Position numbers and translations under genes: made by a program. The notes beneath the pieces were generated by a model, which saw only the letters and a program-made list of their open reading frames with translations, did not search any database and had not been told where the DNA came from. From IMG/VR virus record IMGVR_UViG_3300024346_000043: a stretch of 64,000 nt of DNA, one strand, 5' to 3'. Source of the stretch: an uncultured virus (IMG/VR IMGVR_UViG_3300024346_000043). Taxonomy: Duplodnaviria > Heunggongvirae > Uroviricota > Caudoviricetes. The first letter of the stretch is position 1. Every line of letters starts with the position of its first letter. This document shows, piece by piece, positions 1 through 10,411 of the stretch.

Positions 1-2
1 AA

Positions 3-1046
3 ATAAAAGACAATTTAGCAAACATTGCGCTAACAATTGAAGAAAAGACTCACACTAGTGAGAAAGTATTTACAATGGCTGACATGATGATGTTTCGCCA
101 TCCTGAAGATTTGGAGAAAGAACGTGTATACCTCGGTCTTAATAATACTTTTGATGCTGTGCTTGGCGGCGTGGCTCGTCAAGAGCTTATACTCATCGGA
201 GGAAAGCGTGGATCAGGTAAATCCATTACTAGCAGCAACATTTTTGTTAATCAGTACGAATCTGGCAATAGCAGCATTTATTTCTCTATTGAGATGACTG
301 CACAAGAAACAATGGAACGCAACTTAGCTATTTTAGCTAATGTAAACCTACAAAACCTAAAACAACACAAACTAACAGACGCTGAAGTTCTTAAAGTAGT
401 AAAAGCTAGAGCAGGAATGTTCCAAGATTCTGATTCTACTATTACAGAATTTATGCGGCACAGAGACAGATTTAAATTCGAAGAAAACTTAGTACGAAAT
501 CATCTACTTAAAGTAGATAATCAAATGATTATTGTTGATGACCGAGACTTGACCCTAAGTAGCATCGATTTGCATATTGGCAAAGCCAAAGCAAAGTTTG
601 GTGATAAACTAAAAGTTGTAGTAGTTGATTACCTTAATCAAATTGTACTAGAAGGCACAGATCAATACGACTGGAAACCACAAATTGAAATATCGAAAAA
701 GCTTAAGAACCTCGCTCGTAAATATGAGATCGTTATGGTATCTCCGTACCAGATCGATGCCACAGGAGAGGCGCGTTTTGCCAAGGGCATCTTGGATGCT
801 TCGGACATTGCCCTTACAATGGAGGCTCATGACAAAGAAACGAACGCGATCAGCTTTGAAACAACGAAAATTCGAGGCGGGAAGGAAATGGCATTTACGT
901 GCCCGATTGACTGGGACACTTTACGCATTAGCCCACAATCAGTGGATAAACCAGCCGTTAAGGAAGTTGTTAAGAAAACGGGGAAAAAATCGCATACCAC
1001 TGATCTAAAACAAAACGACACAGCATCTGACTTACCATGGAACTAA
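3..1046 (+). CDS. dnaB: DnaB-like replicative helicase (T5 D6-like), 5'-truncated by window edge
   Basis: Walker A GGKRGSGKS, YFSIEM, VVVDYL motifs; frame is open from position 3, upstream of the ATG at 75; precedes primase and polymerase as in T5. Confidence 0.9.
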   Translation: MKDNLANIALTIEEKTHTSEKVFTMADMMMFRHPEDLEKERVYLGLNNTFDAVLGGVARQELILIGGKRGSGKSITSSNIFVNQYESGNSSIYFSIEMTAQETMERNLAILANVNLQNLKQHKLTDAEVLKVVKARAGMFQDSDSTITEFMRHRDRFKFEENLVRNHLLKVDNQMIIVDDRDLTLSSIDLHIGKAKAKFGDKLKVVVVDYLNQIVLEGTDQYDWKPQIEISKKLKNLARKYEIVMVSPYQIDATGEARFAKGILDASDIALTMEAHDKETNAISFETTKIRGGKEMAFTCPIDWDTLRISPQSVDKPAVKEVVKKTGKKSHTTDLKQNDTASDLPWN

Positions 1047-1047
1047 A

Positions 1048-1902
1048 ATGAGCGATCCAGTACTAGAACTAATTAACAAAAATGGACTAACATTTAGTGT
1101 ATCCGGTCGCGACTACTTAATTAAATGCCTTAGCCCAGATCACGAGGATTCCAATCCTAGTTTTCGGGTAGATCGTGTTACTGGTGTTGCTCATTGCTTC
1201 AGTTGCGGCTTTAAAACTAATTTATTCAAATATTATGGGGTTTTTACTAATCCTGTACCAATGAAGATTGCGACTCTCAAGGAAAAACTGAATGAACTAA
1301 AAACGAGTCACATTGGGCTTGAGCTACCTAGTGGTCATACCCCTTACTTGAAGCAGTTCCGTGGAGTGAGTCCTCAAACTTTAAAATACTTTGGGGCTTT
1401 TTATACAAACATAGTTGAAAAACTACAAGATAGAATAATCTTTCCTGTTCGAGATATTACTGGTAAAATAGTAGTATTTGTTGGGAGACATACTCTAAGT
1501 AATGGAAATCCTAGATATATTAACTACCCTAGTGGGGTTACTATGCCTGTGTTTCCCGCACATCTTCCTAGTGGTTACCAATCAATGGTAATTGTAGAAG
1601 GTGTATTTGATATGCTAAATCTTTATGATAAAGGTTTAGAAAACGTAGTTTGTGCTTTTGGTACAAACACTTTACAAAATGACACAAAACAAAAATTATT
1701 GCCGTTTAAAGCACAAGGTATTACTCATATATATCTTTTATTTGATGGTGACGAGGCAGGCGATAAAGCTGCCAAAGCATTAAAACCCCTAATCCAAGCT
1801 GAGAATTTTATTGTTGAGATTGTGAAATTGCCTGACGGAAGTGATCCAGGCGAGCTATCACAAGACGATGTAAATTCAATTGCAGAATATATAACAAAAT
1901 AG
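1048..1902 (+). CDS. dnaG: DNA primase (Zn-finger + TOPRIM)
   Basis: CLSPDHEDSNPSF...HCFSC Zn-binding region; IVEGVFD and FDGDEAG TOPRIM motifs. Confidence 0.92.
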   Translation: MSDPVLELINKNGLTFSVSGRDYLIKCLSPDHEDSNPSFRVDRVTGVAHCFSCGFKTNLFKYYGVFTNPVPMKIATLKEKLNELKTSHIGLELPSGHTPYLKQFRGVSPQTLKYFGAFYTNIVEKLQDRIIFPVRDITGKIVVFVGRHTLSNGNPRYINYPSGVTMPVFPAHLPSGYQSMVIVEGVFDMLNLYDKGLENVVCAFGTNTLQNDTKQKLLPFKAQGITHIYLLFDGDEAGDKAAKALKPLIQAENFIVEIVKLPDGSDPGELSQDDVNSIAEYITK

Positions 1903-1929
1903 CTTAAATACGCTATAAGAAAGTATTAA

Positions 1930-4218
1930 ATGAAAATTGCATTAATTGATAAAGCCCCTAATCGTACTCGCTATAAAGAGTACTTTAACTTTAACTTTGA
2001 CCATTACCACATGAGTTCAATTCCTATTACTAAACTACTTAAAAAAGATGTAGATTTAGAAATAGATTTAGACCCTTATAATTACGTTATTCTTATAGGA
2101 GCAGAAGCTGCCAAAGAATACGCTAAAATTACTTCAGTAACTAATATGGCTGGTCAATTAGTTGCAGACAAATTTATTGCTATTTCAAACCCTGCAATGC
2201 TGGCTTTTAAACCAGAAGGTAAACCTGATTTTCAACGTGCTTGTGATCGTATTCATAAATATGTAGAAGGCACGTTACGCCCCGCAACTGAGGGCAATTT
2301 TAAAGGTATTAATAATACTAAAGAAGCTTATGAGTTTTTAACCGAAGTTTTTGAAAATGCCCAAGGCTATGTAGCCCTAGATACAGAAACAACAGGACTA
2401 TATCCTCGTGACGGATATGTGCTTGGTGTTTCCATTAGTTATAAATCTAAACACGGTCGTTACATTTTATGTGATGCTATGGATGAAGAGTGCGTACAAT
2501 TATTGCAAAAAATTTGTAATACGTTTACTATTGTTTTCCATAACATGAAATTTGACTACAAGATGTTAGCCTATCACTTAGGTTTAACATTTAATCGTAG
2601 CAAAGTTCATGACACAATGGTTATGCACTATGTATTAGACGAAACCGATTCACACGGCCTAAAAGCACTTGCATTAAAGTATACAGATTATGGAGATTAC
2701 GATAGTGAATTGGACGACTTTAAAAAATCGTATTGTGCCCAAAACGGCATTTTACAAGATGACTTTACTTACGACCTCATTCCATTTGATACTATTAGTC
2801 GTTATGCTAGTATTGATACTGCTGTAACCTACGACTTATTTATGAAGTTTTGGCCTATTGTACAAGACAATCCAAAATTGCAATATGTATACGAAACTAT
2901 TTTAGTTCCTGGCACATTATTTTTAATGGACATGGAAGAAGTAGGAATCCCTATTAGTCAAGAAAGAATGGCTGCTGCTAATCTTTACCTTGATGAACAA
3001 ATTGCAAAAGCTAAAGAGGTGGTGTATGGTTTTGAAGAAGTTAAGCGTTTTGAGCAAGATACTGGAAAAATCTTTAATCCCAATAGTGTTATGCAGTTAC
3101 GGGTTGTTCTTTTTGACTATCTTGGTTTATCCCCCACTGGAAAGAAAACTGCAACAGGTGCAATCTCAACAGATGCAGAGGTACTTGAACAGCTGTCAGA
3201 GGAGCACCCACTCCCTGCGGCGATTTTAAAAGTACGACAACTTGGAAAGATACAAAATACTTATATTTCAAAGATTCTACCAGAACTTGATCGTGATGGT
3301 CGCATACGTACAAATTTTAATCTTATATTTACTACTAGCGGTAGGCTTAGTAGTTCTGGGAAGTTCAACGCTCAGCAAATACCTCGTGACAATCCTATTA
3401 TCAAAGGTTGCATCAAGGCTCCAGCGGGTTTTAAGATTGTTTCGCAAGACTTGACTACAGCAGAGATGTATTATGCAGCTGTTTTAAGCGGTGATAAGAA
3501 GTTACAAGAAGTGTTCTCTAGCGGTGGCGATTTTCACTCAACTATTGCTAAAATGGTATTTGATTTGCCTTGTGAGGTAGAAGATGTAAAGAAAAAGTAC
3601 GGCAATATGCGTCAGAGTGCTAAAGCTATTAGTTTTGGTATTTTGTATGGTTCAGGTGCTAATAAAGTGTCACAGACTGTATCAAAAGCCACTGGAGAAA
3701 ACTATCCAGTAGACAGAGCTAGAGATGATATTAAACAATATTTTAAGAAGTTTAGTAAACTTAAAAACTGGCTGGATACGCGCAAAAGTTTTATTGAACA
3801 AAATGGCTATACTTATAGTTATTTTGGCAGAAAGCGTCGTTTACCTAATGTATTTTCTAGTGATAAAGGTATTGCAGCTCACGAAGTACGTAGCGGCATT
3901 AATGCTGAAGTGCAGTCTCTTGCTAGTGATGTTAATTTGCTTGGTGCTATGGGCACTGCTAACGATATTACTAAAGCCAATATCGACGCTAAAATCTTTA
4001 TGCTTGTACACGACTCAATTGTGGCGCTGGTTAAAGAAGAGCACGTAGAAAAATATTGTGAAATCTTAAAGCGTAACACACAACAAGACTGGGGATGTAG
4101 TATTGCTGGATTCCCTATTGGCGTTGACCAAGACGTTGGTGAAGACTATAGCTTTGGTGTATGGGAGGAGTACTATGAAACTACAGGAAATAGTATTTCC
4201 CGTATTCAGGTTGGGTGA
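1930..4218 (+). CDS. polA: Family A DNA polymerase with 3'-5' exonuclease (T5-like)
   Basis: Exo motifs DTETTG, FHNMKFD, YASID; polymerase motifs TTSGRLSSS, DLTTAE, RQSAKAISFGILYG, LVHDSI. Confidence 0.96.
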   Translation: MKIALIDKAPNRTRYKEYFNFNFDHYHMSSIPITKLLKKDVDLEIDLDPYNYVILIGAEAAKEYAKITSVTNMAGQLVADKFIAISNPAMLAFKPEGKPDFQRACDRIHKYVEGTLRPATEGNFKGINNTKEAYEFLTEVFENAQGYVALDTETTGLYPRDGYVLGVSISYKSKHGRYILCDAMDEECVQLLQKICNTFTIVFHNMKFDYKMLAYHLGLTFNRSKVHDTMVMHYVLDETDSHGLKALALKYTDYGDYDSELDDFKKSYCAQNGILQDDFTYDLIPFDTISRYASIDTAVTYDLFMKFWPIVQDNPKLQYVYETILVPGTLFLMDMEEVGIPISQERMAAANLYLDEQIAKAKEVVYGFEEVKRFEQDTGKIFNPNSVMQLRVVLFDYLGLSPTGKKTATGAISTDAEVLEQLSEEHPLPAAILKVRQLGKIQNTYISKILPELDRDGRIRTNFNLIFTTSGRLSSSGKFNAQQIPRDNPIIKGCIKAPAGFKIVSQDLTTAEMYYAAVLSGDKKLQEVFSSGGDFHSTIAKMVFDLPCEVEDVKKKYGNMRQSAKAISFGILYGSGANKVSQTVSKATGENYPVDRARDDIKQYFKKFSKLKNWLDTRKSFIEQNGYTYSYFGRKRRLPNVFSSDKGIAAHEVRSGINAEVQSLASDVNLLGAMGTANDITKANIDAKIFMLVHDSIVALVKEEHVEKYCEILKRNTQQDWGCSIAGFPIGVDQDVGEDYSFGVWEEYYETTGNSISRIQVG

Positions 4219-4705
4219 AAAACAGCCTGAAACAGATGGCAATATAGTGTATTATAAATCAGAATATAGTGATAAGGATACTGCTGAACATACAACGAAC
4301 TATAGGTTTGTAGACGATAAGTCAATAGATAAGCCTACTCTAGGCTTACGCAGACTAGCTTTACAAGGTAAAGCAACGCTGTTTCCTATAAGTTCAGCAG
4401 TATACTTTCTTGTAGATATTATTAAGTTAGCAAAATCAACAACGTGGTTTATTGATAGTCACGGACAGGTTTTTCAACATAAAAAAACTACACGCGCCAA
4501 GCTGACAACAAAAAAGATTACTAAAGTGTTACCTGCGGATGGCATAGGTTGTGTATTAGAATTACAAGGTATAGCGCATAGATTTAAAACTATGATTCAG
4601 CCTCAAAGTTATCACCAATATGGTGGCGTTTTATACATGGATAATAGTTACTTATTTTACGGATACTACGAATATCCCCAGAAAGATACTTGGAGATTAG
4701 TATAG
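4175..4705 (+). CDS. Conserved hypothetical protein between polymerase and D10 (T5-like position)
   Basis: ATG at 4175 with GGAGGAG SD; overlaps the polymerase end; synteny with T5. Confidence 0.75.
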   Translation: MKLQEIVFPVFRLGEKQPETDGNIVYYKSEYSDKDTAEHTTNYRFVDDKSIDKPTLGLRRLALQGKATLFPISSAVYFLVDIIKLAKSTTWFIDSHGQVFQHKKTTRAKLTTKKITKVLPADGIGCVLELQGIAHRFKTMIQPQSYHQYGGVLYMDNSYLFYGYYEYPQKDTWRLV

Positions 4706-5997
4706 TGGCAAAAGCAGTAATTAGTAACAGAATATATATTGATAATCCTGGTATAGAGCATACTAAACACGTAATTAAGTCTCTTACATACAAAATACAT
4801 AAAGACACTGGATCAAAGAAGTTTGCTAGTGTAGAAACAATTAAAAATTATAAGTCGTTAATCAAGGGTATTTTATCTATTCCTCAAGGTCGAACAGACT
4901 TAATTCCTCAAGATTACGAAATTATAGACAAACGAGTATTAGTACCAGTACCTTTTCCCGACCCTAAGTTTGAGCTATATGAAGATCAACAAACAATCTA
5001 CAATGAAGTAAATGATACTTGCTTTATAAATGCCCTACCAGGCTGGGGCAAGACATTTACAGCACTACACTTAGCTAGAAAATTTGGGCAGAAAACATTA
5101 GTTATAACCCACACAGCTGCATTGCGAGATCAATGGGTTGAAGAAATTGAGACTTTATTTGGTTGTGAGTGCGGCATTATTGGCGGGGGTACTCTAAATC
5201 ATGAGGATCATTTTATTACAGTTGCCAATATTCAAACACTTGTAAAACATACTACTGAGTTAGCTAAAGAATTTGGAACAGTTATCTTAGACGAAGCACA
5301 TCATTGTCCAGCAACAACATTTGCTACAACAGTAGATAGCTTTTATGCACGCTACAGAATTGCCCTTAGTGGTACAATGATCCGTAAAGATGGTAAGCAT
5401 ATATTATTCAAAGATTACTTTGGTACTGTAGTATTAAAACCACCTGCGTCTAATACTATACCTCCTACAATTCACATGGTAAAAAGCGGTATTAAACTTA
5501 AAGCTAATGTTACTTGGGTAGATAAAATTACTGATCTTACTCAGGATGATAAATATAGACAGTTTATTGCAGATATAGCTAAGATGCATATTGCTGAAGG
5601 GCATAGTGTTTTAGTTATTGCTGATAGAGTAGAATTCTTAGAAAAGGTAAAAGACTATGTTGGTGAAACGTGTTTGTTGGTTACTGGGGCAACCAGTTTT
5701 GAAGACCGACAAAAAGCCAAGGCTCAAATCCTTGCCAAAGAAAAAATGTGTATTGCTGGAAGCAGGCAGATCTTTTCAGAAGGAATATCAATCAACATCC
5801 TTAGTTGCGTAATATTAGCAGTTCCAATGTCAAATGATAGTTTACTAGAACAAATTGCTGGTAGAATTATGCGAATGCATGAAGGCAAACTAGACCCAAT
5901 CATAGTAGACATTCAATTTGCTGGATACGCAGATAAAAAACAAAACACAGACAGGTTAGGTCTTTATCTACGCAAAGGCTGGAAAGTATTAGCCTAG
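4705..5997 (+). CDS. D10: SF2 DNA helicase (T5 D10/UvsW-like)
   Basis: ALPGWGKT, DEAHH, LSGT, QIAGRIMR motifs; GTG start overlapping upstream TAG. Confidence 0.9.
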   Translation: MAKAVISNRIYIDNPGIEHTKHVIKSLTYKIHKDTGSKKFASVETIKNYKSLIKGILSIPQGRTDLIPQDYEIIDKRVLVPVPFPDPKFELYEDQQTIYNEVNDTCFINALPGWGKTFTALHLARKFGQKTLVITHTAALRDQWVEEIETLFGCECGIIGGGTLNHEDHFITVANIQTLVKHTTELAKEFGTVILDEAHHCPATTFATTVDSFYARYRIALSGTMIRKDGKHILFKDYFGTVVLKPPASNTIPPTIHMVKSGIKLKANVTWVDKITDLTQDDKYRQFIADIAKMHIAEGHSVLVIADRVEFLEKVKDYVGETCLLVTGATSFEDRQKAKAQILAKEKMCIAGSRQIFSEGISINILSCVILAVPMSNDSLLEQIAGRIMRMHEGKLDPIIVDIQFAGYADKKQNTDRLGLYLRKGWKVLA

Positions 5998-6009
5998 ATA
6001 AAATTTCAC

Positions 6010-6038
6010 TTGCAAAAGTGTATCCAAAATGGTATAAT
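6010..6038 (+). promoter_or_regulatory. Sigma70-type promoter with extended -10
   Basis: TTGCAA-17 bp-TATAAT, with TGG immediately before the -10. Confidence 0.8.
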
Positions 6039-6057
6039 ATTTATTAAGTTTCAGTAT

Positions 6058-6441
6058 ATGACCTTTTTCTTCAACCTTGAATTGCTTGAGTCCACAACAC
6101 AGTGTGACTCTGTAAAATTAGTTGAAATTTTAAGATTGCATTTTATTAGAAAATCTATTCCTAAAAACCAATACAGTAAAATCAAACCGATTTTTAACTT
6201 AAATGGCAATAGCTTTCTAATAAATCCTGCTTCCTTATTTACTGATACCAGCACAGATATTGTACATAAAGCACAATACATACGATTAGCGGGGCGTAGA
6301 AATTACGCCATATATAAACATTACGATTACACATATCTAGACCTATCTTATTATTCAGATATAGATTTAAACGCAATAAAGTCAAACACGCTACTAAAAA
6401 TAACAGAAAACAAAATTCACTTCAAATACGAGGAAAAATAA
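6058..6441 (+). CDS. Hypothetical protein between D10 and D11 (T5-like position)
   Basis: ATG at 6058 lies just downstream of the promoter; the track's TTG start at 6010 is the -35 box; synteny with T5. Confidence 0.7.
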   Translation: MTFFFNLELLESTTQCDSVKLVEILRLHFIRKSIPKNQYSKIKPIFNLNGNSFLINPASLFTDTSTDIVHKAQYIRLAGRRNYAIYKHYDYTYLDLSYYSDIDLNAIKSNTLLKITENKIHFKYEEK

Positions 6442-6444
6442 AAA

Positions 6445-7086
6445 ATGGCACTTAGTTTTAAAAACACCAAAGGTAAAGCACAATCAAACAAAGTTGATTC
6501 TTATGAATACAAAGATGGCGAAAATATAATTCGTTTAGTTGGAGGAGTTCTTCCACGATATATTTATTGGCTGAAAGGTACTAACAACAAAGATATTCCA
6601 GTTGAATGTTTGGCATTTAGTCGTGAAAAGGAGAAGTTTGACAACGTTGAAAAAGATCATGTTACCGAGTATTTTCCAGAGTCAAAGTGCTCTTGGAGTT
6701 ATTCTGTAAATTGTATTGACCCTAAGTCGCAAAAAGTTGTTGCTCTTAATTTGAAAAAGAAATTATTTGAGCAAATCGTTACAGCGGCTGAAGATTTAGG
6801 AGACCCTACTGACTATGAAACAGGTTGGGATGTTGTATTCAAGCGTGTAAAGACAGGCCCACTGGCTTACAATGTTGAGTATACACTACAAGTTTTGCGT
6901 TGCAAACCCCGCCCATTAACCGCTGAAGAGCGTGCTATGGCTGATGCTGCTAAACCTATTGACGAAAAGTTTGTTCGTCCTACAGAAGCAGACGTAAAGG
7001 CTTTGTTAGAGAAGATTACTAGCAATCAGGAAGAAGATGGTGATAGCCCTTCTTCTGAGCAAGAAGCAGTAAAAGAACTTGGTTAA
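6445..7086 (+). CDS. D11: Single-stranded DNA-binding protein (T5 D11-like)
   Basis: LGDPTDYETGWDVVFKRVKTGP motif, acidic C-terminal tail, GAGG SD, position before D12. Confidence 0.8.
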   Translation: MALSFKNTKGKAQSNKVDSYEYKDGENIIRLVGGVLPRYIYWLKGTNNKDIPVECLAFSREKEKFDNVEKDHVTEYFPESKCSWSYSVNCIDPKSQKVVALNLKKKLFEQIVTAAEDLGDPTDYETGWDVVFKRVKTGPLAYNVEYTLQVLRCKPRPLTAEERAMADAAKPIDEKFVRPTEADVKALLEKITSNQEEDGDSPSSEQEAVKELG

Positions 7087-7094
7087 AAAAACTT

Positions 7095-7130
7095 AAGCCC
7101 GCTAAACAAAATGCTTAGCGGGCTTTTCTG
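7095..7130 (+). terminator. Rho-independent terminator after SSB
   Basis: AAGCCCGCTAA / TTAGCGGGCTT 11-bp stem followed by TTCTG. Confidence 0.8.
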
Positions 7131-7144
7131 TCTCATAAGGCAAT

Positions 7145-8101
7145 ATGAAAGTATTATTTACAGCAGACCTACATATTAAATTAGGTCAAAAAAACGTACC
7201 CGTTGAATGGGCAAAGAATAGGTTTAATATGCTATGGCAACAACTAGAAGATATACAAACAGAATGTGATCTTTTTGTAGTTGGTGGCGATGTTTTTGAT
7301 AAGCTTCCTAACATGGAAGAATTAGAAACATATTTTGATTTAGTTAATACTTGCAAGATTCCCACAATTATTTATGCAGGAAATCATGAAGCAGTTAAAA
7401 AAGATACAACTTTTTTAACAAACTTAAAACAAGTAACCAATCGTTTAAATCCATTAGTAGAAGTTATTGACGACTACCACAAAGTAGAGAATATGGATTT
7501 TATTCCATATAATAAATTAAAAGAGTTTGAGAAAAATCCTTTTCAAATTCGCGGAAACATTTGCTTTACACACGTTCGTGGGGAAATTCCTCCACATGTA
7601 AAACCTGAAATGGATTTAGAATTGCTGGCAAGCTACGACGTTGTTTTAGCAGGTGATCTACATAGTTATGAAAATTCTCAAAAAAATATTATCTATCCTG
7701 GAAGTCCCGTTACTACTAGCTTTCATCGTGGGAATGTGGCTACTGGTGTTATTTTATTGGATACCCATAGTTTAGATCATGAATGGCGTGAACTACAACT
7801 ACCACAACTTATTCGTCGTACAGTAGCTGTGCATGACCCTAAACCGCAAACAGATTACGATCACACAATTTATCAAGTCGAAGGCGATATGCAAGAACTT
7901 GGTGAGCTAGAAGATTCAGATTTAATTGATCGTAAAGTAATTAAGCGTGATACAGATAGCGCACTAATCTTAGACAAAGAAATGTCTATGTCAGAAGAAA
8001 TTCGTGAGTATCTAGCATACATCCTAGAGTTGCCAGAAGATACTATAGAAAACGTATTAAAAGAGTTTCAAAATCATGCAGACAAAATTGAAACTGAATA
8101 G
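7145..8101 (+). CDS. D12: SbcD/Mre11-like nuclease (T5 D12)
   Basis: Metallophosphoesterase motifs ADLH, GGDVFD, GNHE, GDLH, YPGS. Confidence 0.92.
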   Translation: MKVLFTADLHIKLGQKNVPVEWAKNRFNMLWQQLEDIQTECDLFVVGGDVFDKLPNMEELETYFDLVNTCKIPTIIYAGNHEAVKKDTTFLTNLKQVTNRLNPLVEVIDDYHKVENMDFIPYNKLKEFEKNPFQIRGNICFTHVRGEIPPHVKPEMDLELLASYDVVLAGDLHSYENSQKNIIYPGSPVTTSFHRGNVATGVILLDTHSLDHEWRELQLPQLIRRTVAVHDPKPQTDYDHTIYQVEGDMQELGELEDSDLIDRKVIKRDTDSALILDKEMSMSEEIREYLAYILELPEDTIENVLKEFQNHADKIETE

Positions 8102-8109
8102 AGACTTTA

Positions 8110-9906
8110 ATGATAACTATAAAACAACTACGATGGGCTAACGCCTTTAGTTATGGAAAAGATAACCAAATTGATTTTGTCGCAGCTCCACTTACACAAT
8201 TAGTAGGTAAAAACGGGCATGGTAAAAGTTCTATTGCTTTAATACTAGAAGAAGTATTGTTTAATAAGAACTCAAAAGGTATTAAGAAAGCAGATATTCT
8301 TAATCGCCATATTAAAGATAAAACATATAGTATTGAACTAGATTTTAACAGAGATGATATAGATTACACAATTAAGTCTAGTCGCGGTACTGCCCAAACT
8401 GTAAAATTATTTAAGTCAGGTGTAGATATAAGTGCACACACTGCTACAGCTACATACAAGATAATTGAAGATATATTAGGTTTTGATCACAAGAGTTTTG
8501 CACAAATTGTGTATCAATCAAATGCGTCGAGTTTAGAATTTTTAACAGCTCCTGATACTGCTCGTAAGAAATTTTTAATTGAAATATTAAATTTAGGCAA
8601 ATATACTCGTGCTGCTGAAATTTTTAAAGAAGTAAGCACTCAACTTACCAAAGATATTGCGGGAGTGCAATCCCAAGTAAATACTGTAGCAAGCTGGTTA
8701 AACAAATACGAAAAAACTGAATTAACACTAAAAGAAGTAATTGAAAGTCCGGAGCTAAATACTTTGATAATAGCAGAGGCAACAGCTTTAGATTCTAGTA
8801 TAAGCAGTATTGAATATACTAATAAAAAGATTTCTCAAAACAATACTTACAAGCAGTTACAGTCAAATATTAAACTACTACCAATTCCTCAAAAGCCCGA
8901 AGAAGGTATAGAAAGCTATCAAGCAGAAGTAGCAAAATTATCTAAAACAGTTAGTGATGCACAAGCTTTTGTTATAAAAATGAAAACCTTGCACGGCACG
9001 TGCCCTACTTGTTTATCAGATATTGATGAAGAAAAAGTAGCTGAATTAATTGAAGAAAAAACTGAAGAAGCTGAGATAGCTGTTTTAGAAACAATGGGAT
9101 ATACTCAGCAAATAGTTCAAATTAAACAACAGAAAACAGCTTGGCAAGAAGCTCAAAAAGCACAAGAAGATTGGGAAAAGTATCATGCTCTTATAAATAC
9201 AGAGTTACCAGAAACTTTACTAGACAAACAAACACTACAACAACAACTTACGGAATTACAGAATTCAATTGCTATTACAAAACGTAAGATACTTGAAGCA
9301 GAACAATATAACAAAGAAGTAACTGCACACAACACTAAAGTAGACTTAGTATCAAGACAATTAGTTGAAATGAACCAAGAATTAGAAATTTATAGCGGTA
9401 AACTGCATGAGTTAAGCGAAAGAATGAGTATTTTAAATGTTTTAACAAAGACATTTAGTACAACAGGTTTAGTAGCTTATAAAATCGAGAGTTTAGTAAA
9501 AGACTTAGAAGAAATTACAAATAGTTATTTGGTTGATCTAAGCGATGGAAGATTTCAAATTAGTTTTAAAATAAGTGCTAGTGACAAATTAAATGTTGTT
9601 ATTACCGATAATGGAAAAGATATAGAAATACTTGCGTTAAGTGGTGGTGAAAAAGCAAGAGTTAACGTAGCTACACTATTAGCTATTAGAAAATTAATGC
9701 AAACATTGTCCAGTTCTAGAATTAATCTACTAATACTGGATGAAACTGTAGAAACACTTGATACTGATGGTAAAGAAAAGTTAGTAGAAGTACTACTACA
9801 TGAAGAACACTTAAATACTTTCTTGGTAAGTCATGGCTTTAGTCATCCCCTGCTAGAAAAGATTAATGTTATTAAACGTAACAACATATCCCAAATAGAG
9901 GTATAA
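8110..9906 (+). CDS. D13: SbcC/Rad50-like ATPase (T5 D13)
   Basis: GKNGHGKS, coiled coil with CPTC zinc hook, LSGGE signature, LLILDE. Confidence 0.93.
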   Translation: MITIKQLRWANAFSYGKDNQIDFVAAPLTQLVGKNGHGKSSIALILEEVLFNKNSKGIKKADILNRHIKDKTYSIELDFNRDDIDYTIKSSRGTAQTVKLFKSGVDISAHTATATYKIIEDILGFDHKSFAQIVYQSNASSLEFLTAPDTARKKFLIEILNLGKYTRAAEIFKEVSTQLTKDIAGVQSQVNTVASWLNKYEKTELTLKEVIESPELNTLIIAEATALDSSISSIEYTNKKISQNNTYKQLQSNIKLLPIPQKPEEGIESYQAEVAKLSKTVSDAQAFVIKMKTLHGTCPTCLSDIDEEKVAELIEEKTEEAEIAVLETMGYTQQIVQIKQQKTAWQEAQKAQEDWEKYHALINTELPETLLDKQTLQQQLTELQNSIAITKRKILEAEQYNKEVTAHNTKVDLVSRQLVEMNQELEIYSGKLHELSERMSILNVLTKTFSTTGLVAYKIESLVKDLEEITNSYLVDLSDGRFQISFKISASDKLNVVITDNGKDIEILALSGGEKARVNVATLLAIRKLMQTLSSSRINLLILDETVETLDTDGKEKLVEVLLHEEHLNTFLVSHGFSHPLLEKINVIKRNNISQIEV

Positions 9907-10364
9907 TGACTGTAGATCCAAGAGCCAAAGGTGCTAGAACAGAGACCACAGTACGTGATCTGTTAAAAAAGCATACAGGTTTATCATGGGAAAGAGTTCC
10001 AGGATCAGGTGCTCTTGACCCTAAACATCAGCTTAAGGGCGATTTATACGTTCCTGGGCGAACTAACCTTTGGTGTGTAGAAGTTAAAGGTTATGCCGAT
10101 GATCACCTTACTTCGCAATTACTAACATCTAAGACTCCGCAATTAGTAGAATTCTGGCAGCAGACTACTCGTCAAGGTACGCAAGTAAGCAAAAAACCAC
10201 TATTGATTTTTAAATTTGATCGCAGCAAAGTATTTGTTGCTTTTGATGAAATGCCTAATTCACAAAACTATCGTTGCCTTTACTATAATCACGAAGACCA
10301 TGAGTTTTATGCAGCACTGCTAGAAGATTGGTTAAAGTGGGAGCAACCAGTATTTGTAACTTGA
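9906..10364 (+). CDS. D14: PD-(D/E)xK nuclease, putative Holliday junction resolvase (T5 D14)
   Basis: RAKGARTE...RVPGSGA...GD...VEVK motifs; synteny. Confidence 0.85.
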   Translation: MTVDPRAKGARTETTVRDLLKKHTGLSWERVPGSGALDPKHQLKGDLYVPGRTNLWCVEVKGYADDHLTSQLLTSKTPQLVEFWQQTTRQGTQVSKKPLLIFKFDRSKVFVAFDEMPNSQNYRCLYYNHEDHEFYAALLEDWLKWEQPVFVT

Positions 10365-10389
10365 CAAAACAGCTAAGCAGTGGTATAAT
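10361..10389 (+). promoter_or_regulatory. Consensus sigma70 promoter for D15-dut-nrdJ
   Basis: TTGACA-17 bp-TATAAT, with TGG extended -10. Confidence 0.88.
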
Positions 10390-10411
10390 AACAGATTAAC
10401 ACACAAATAAT

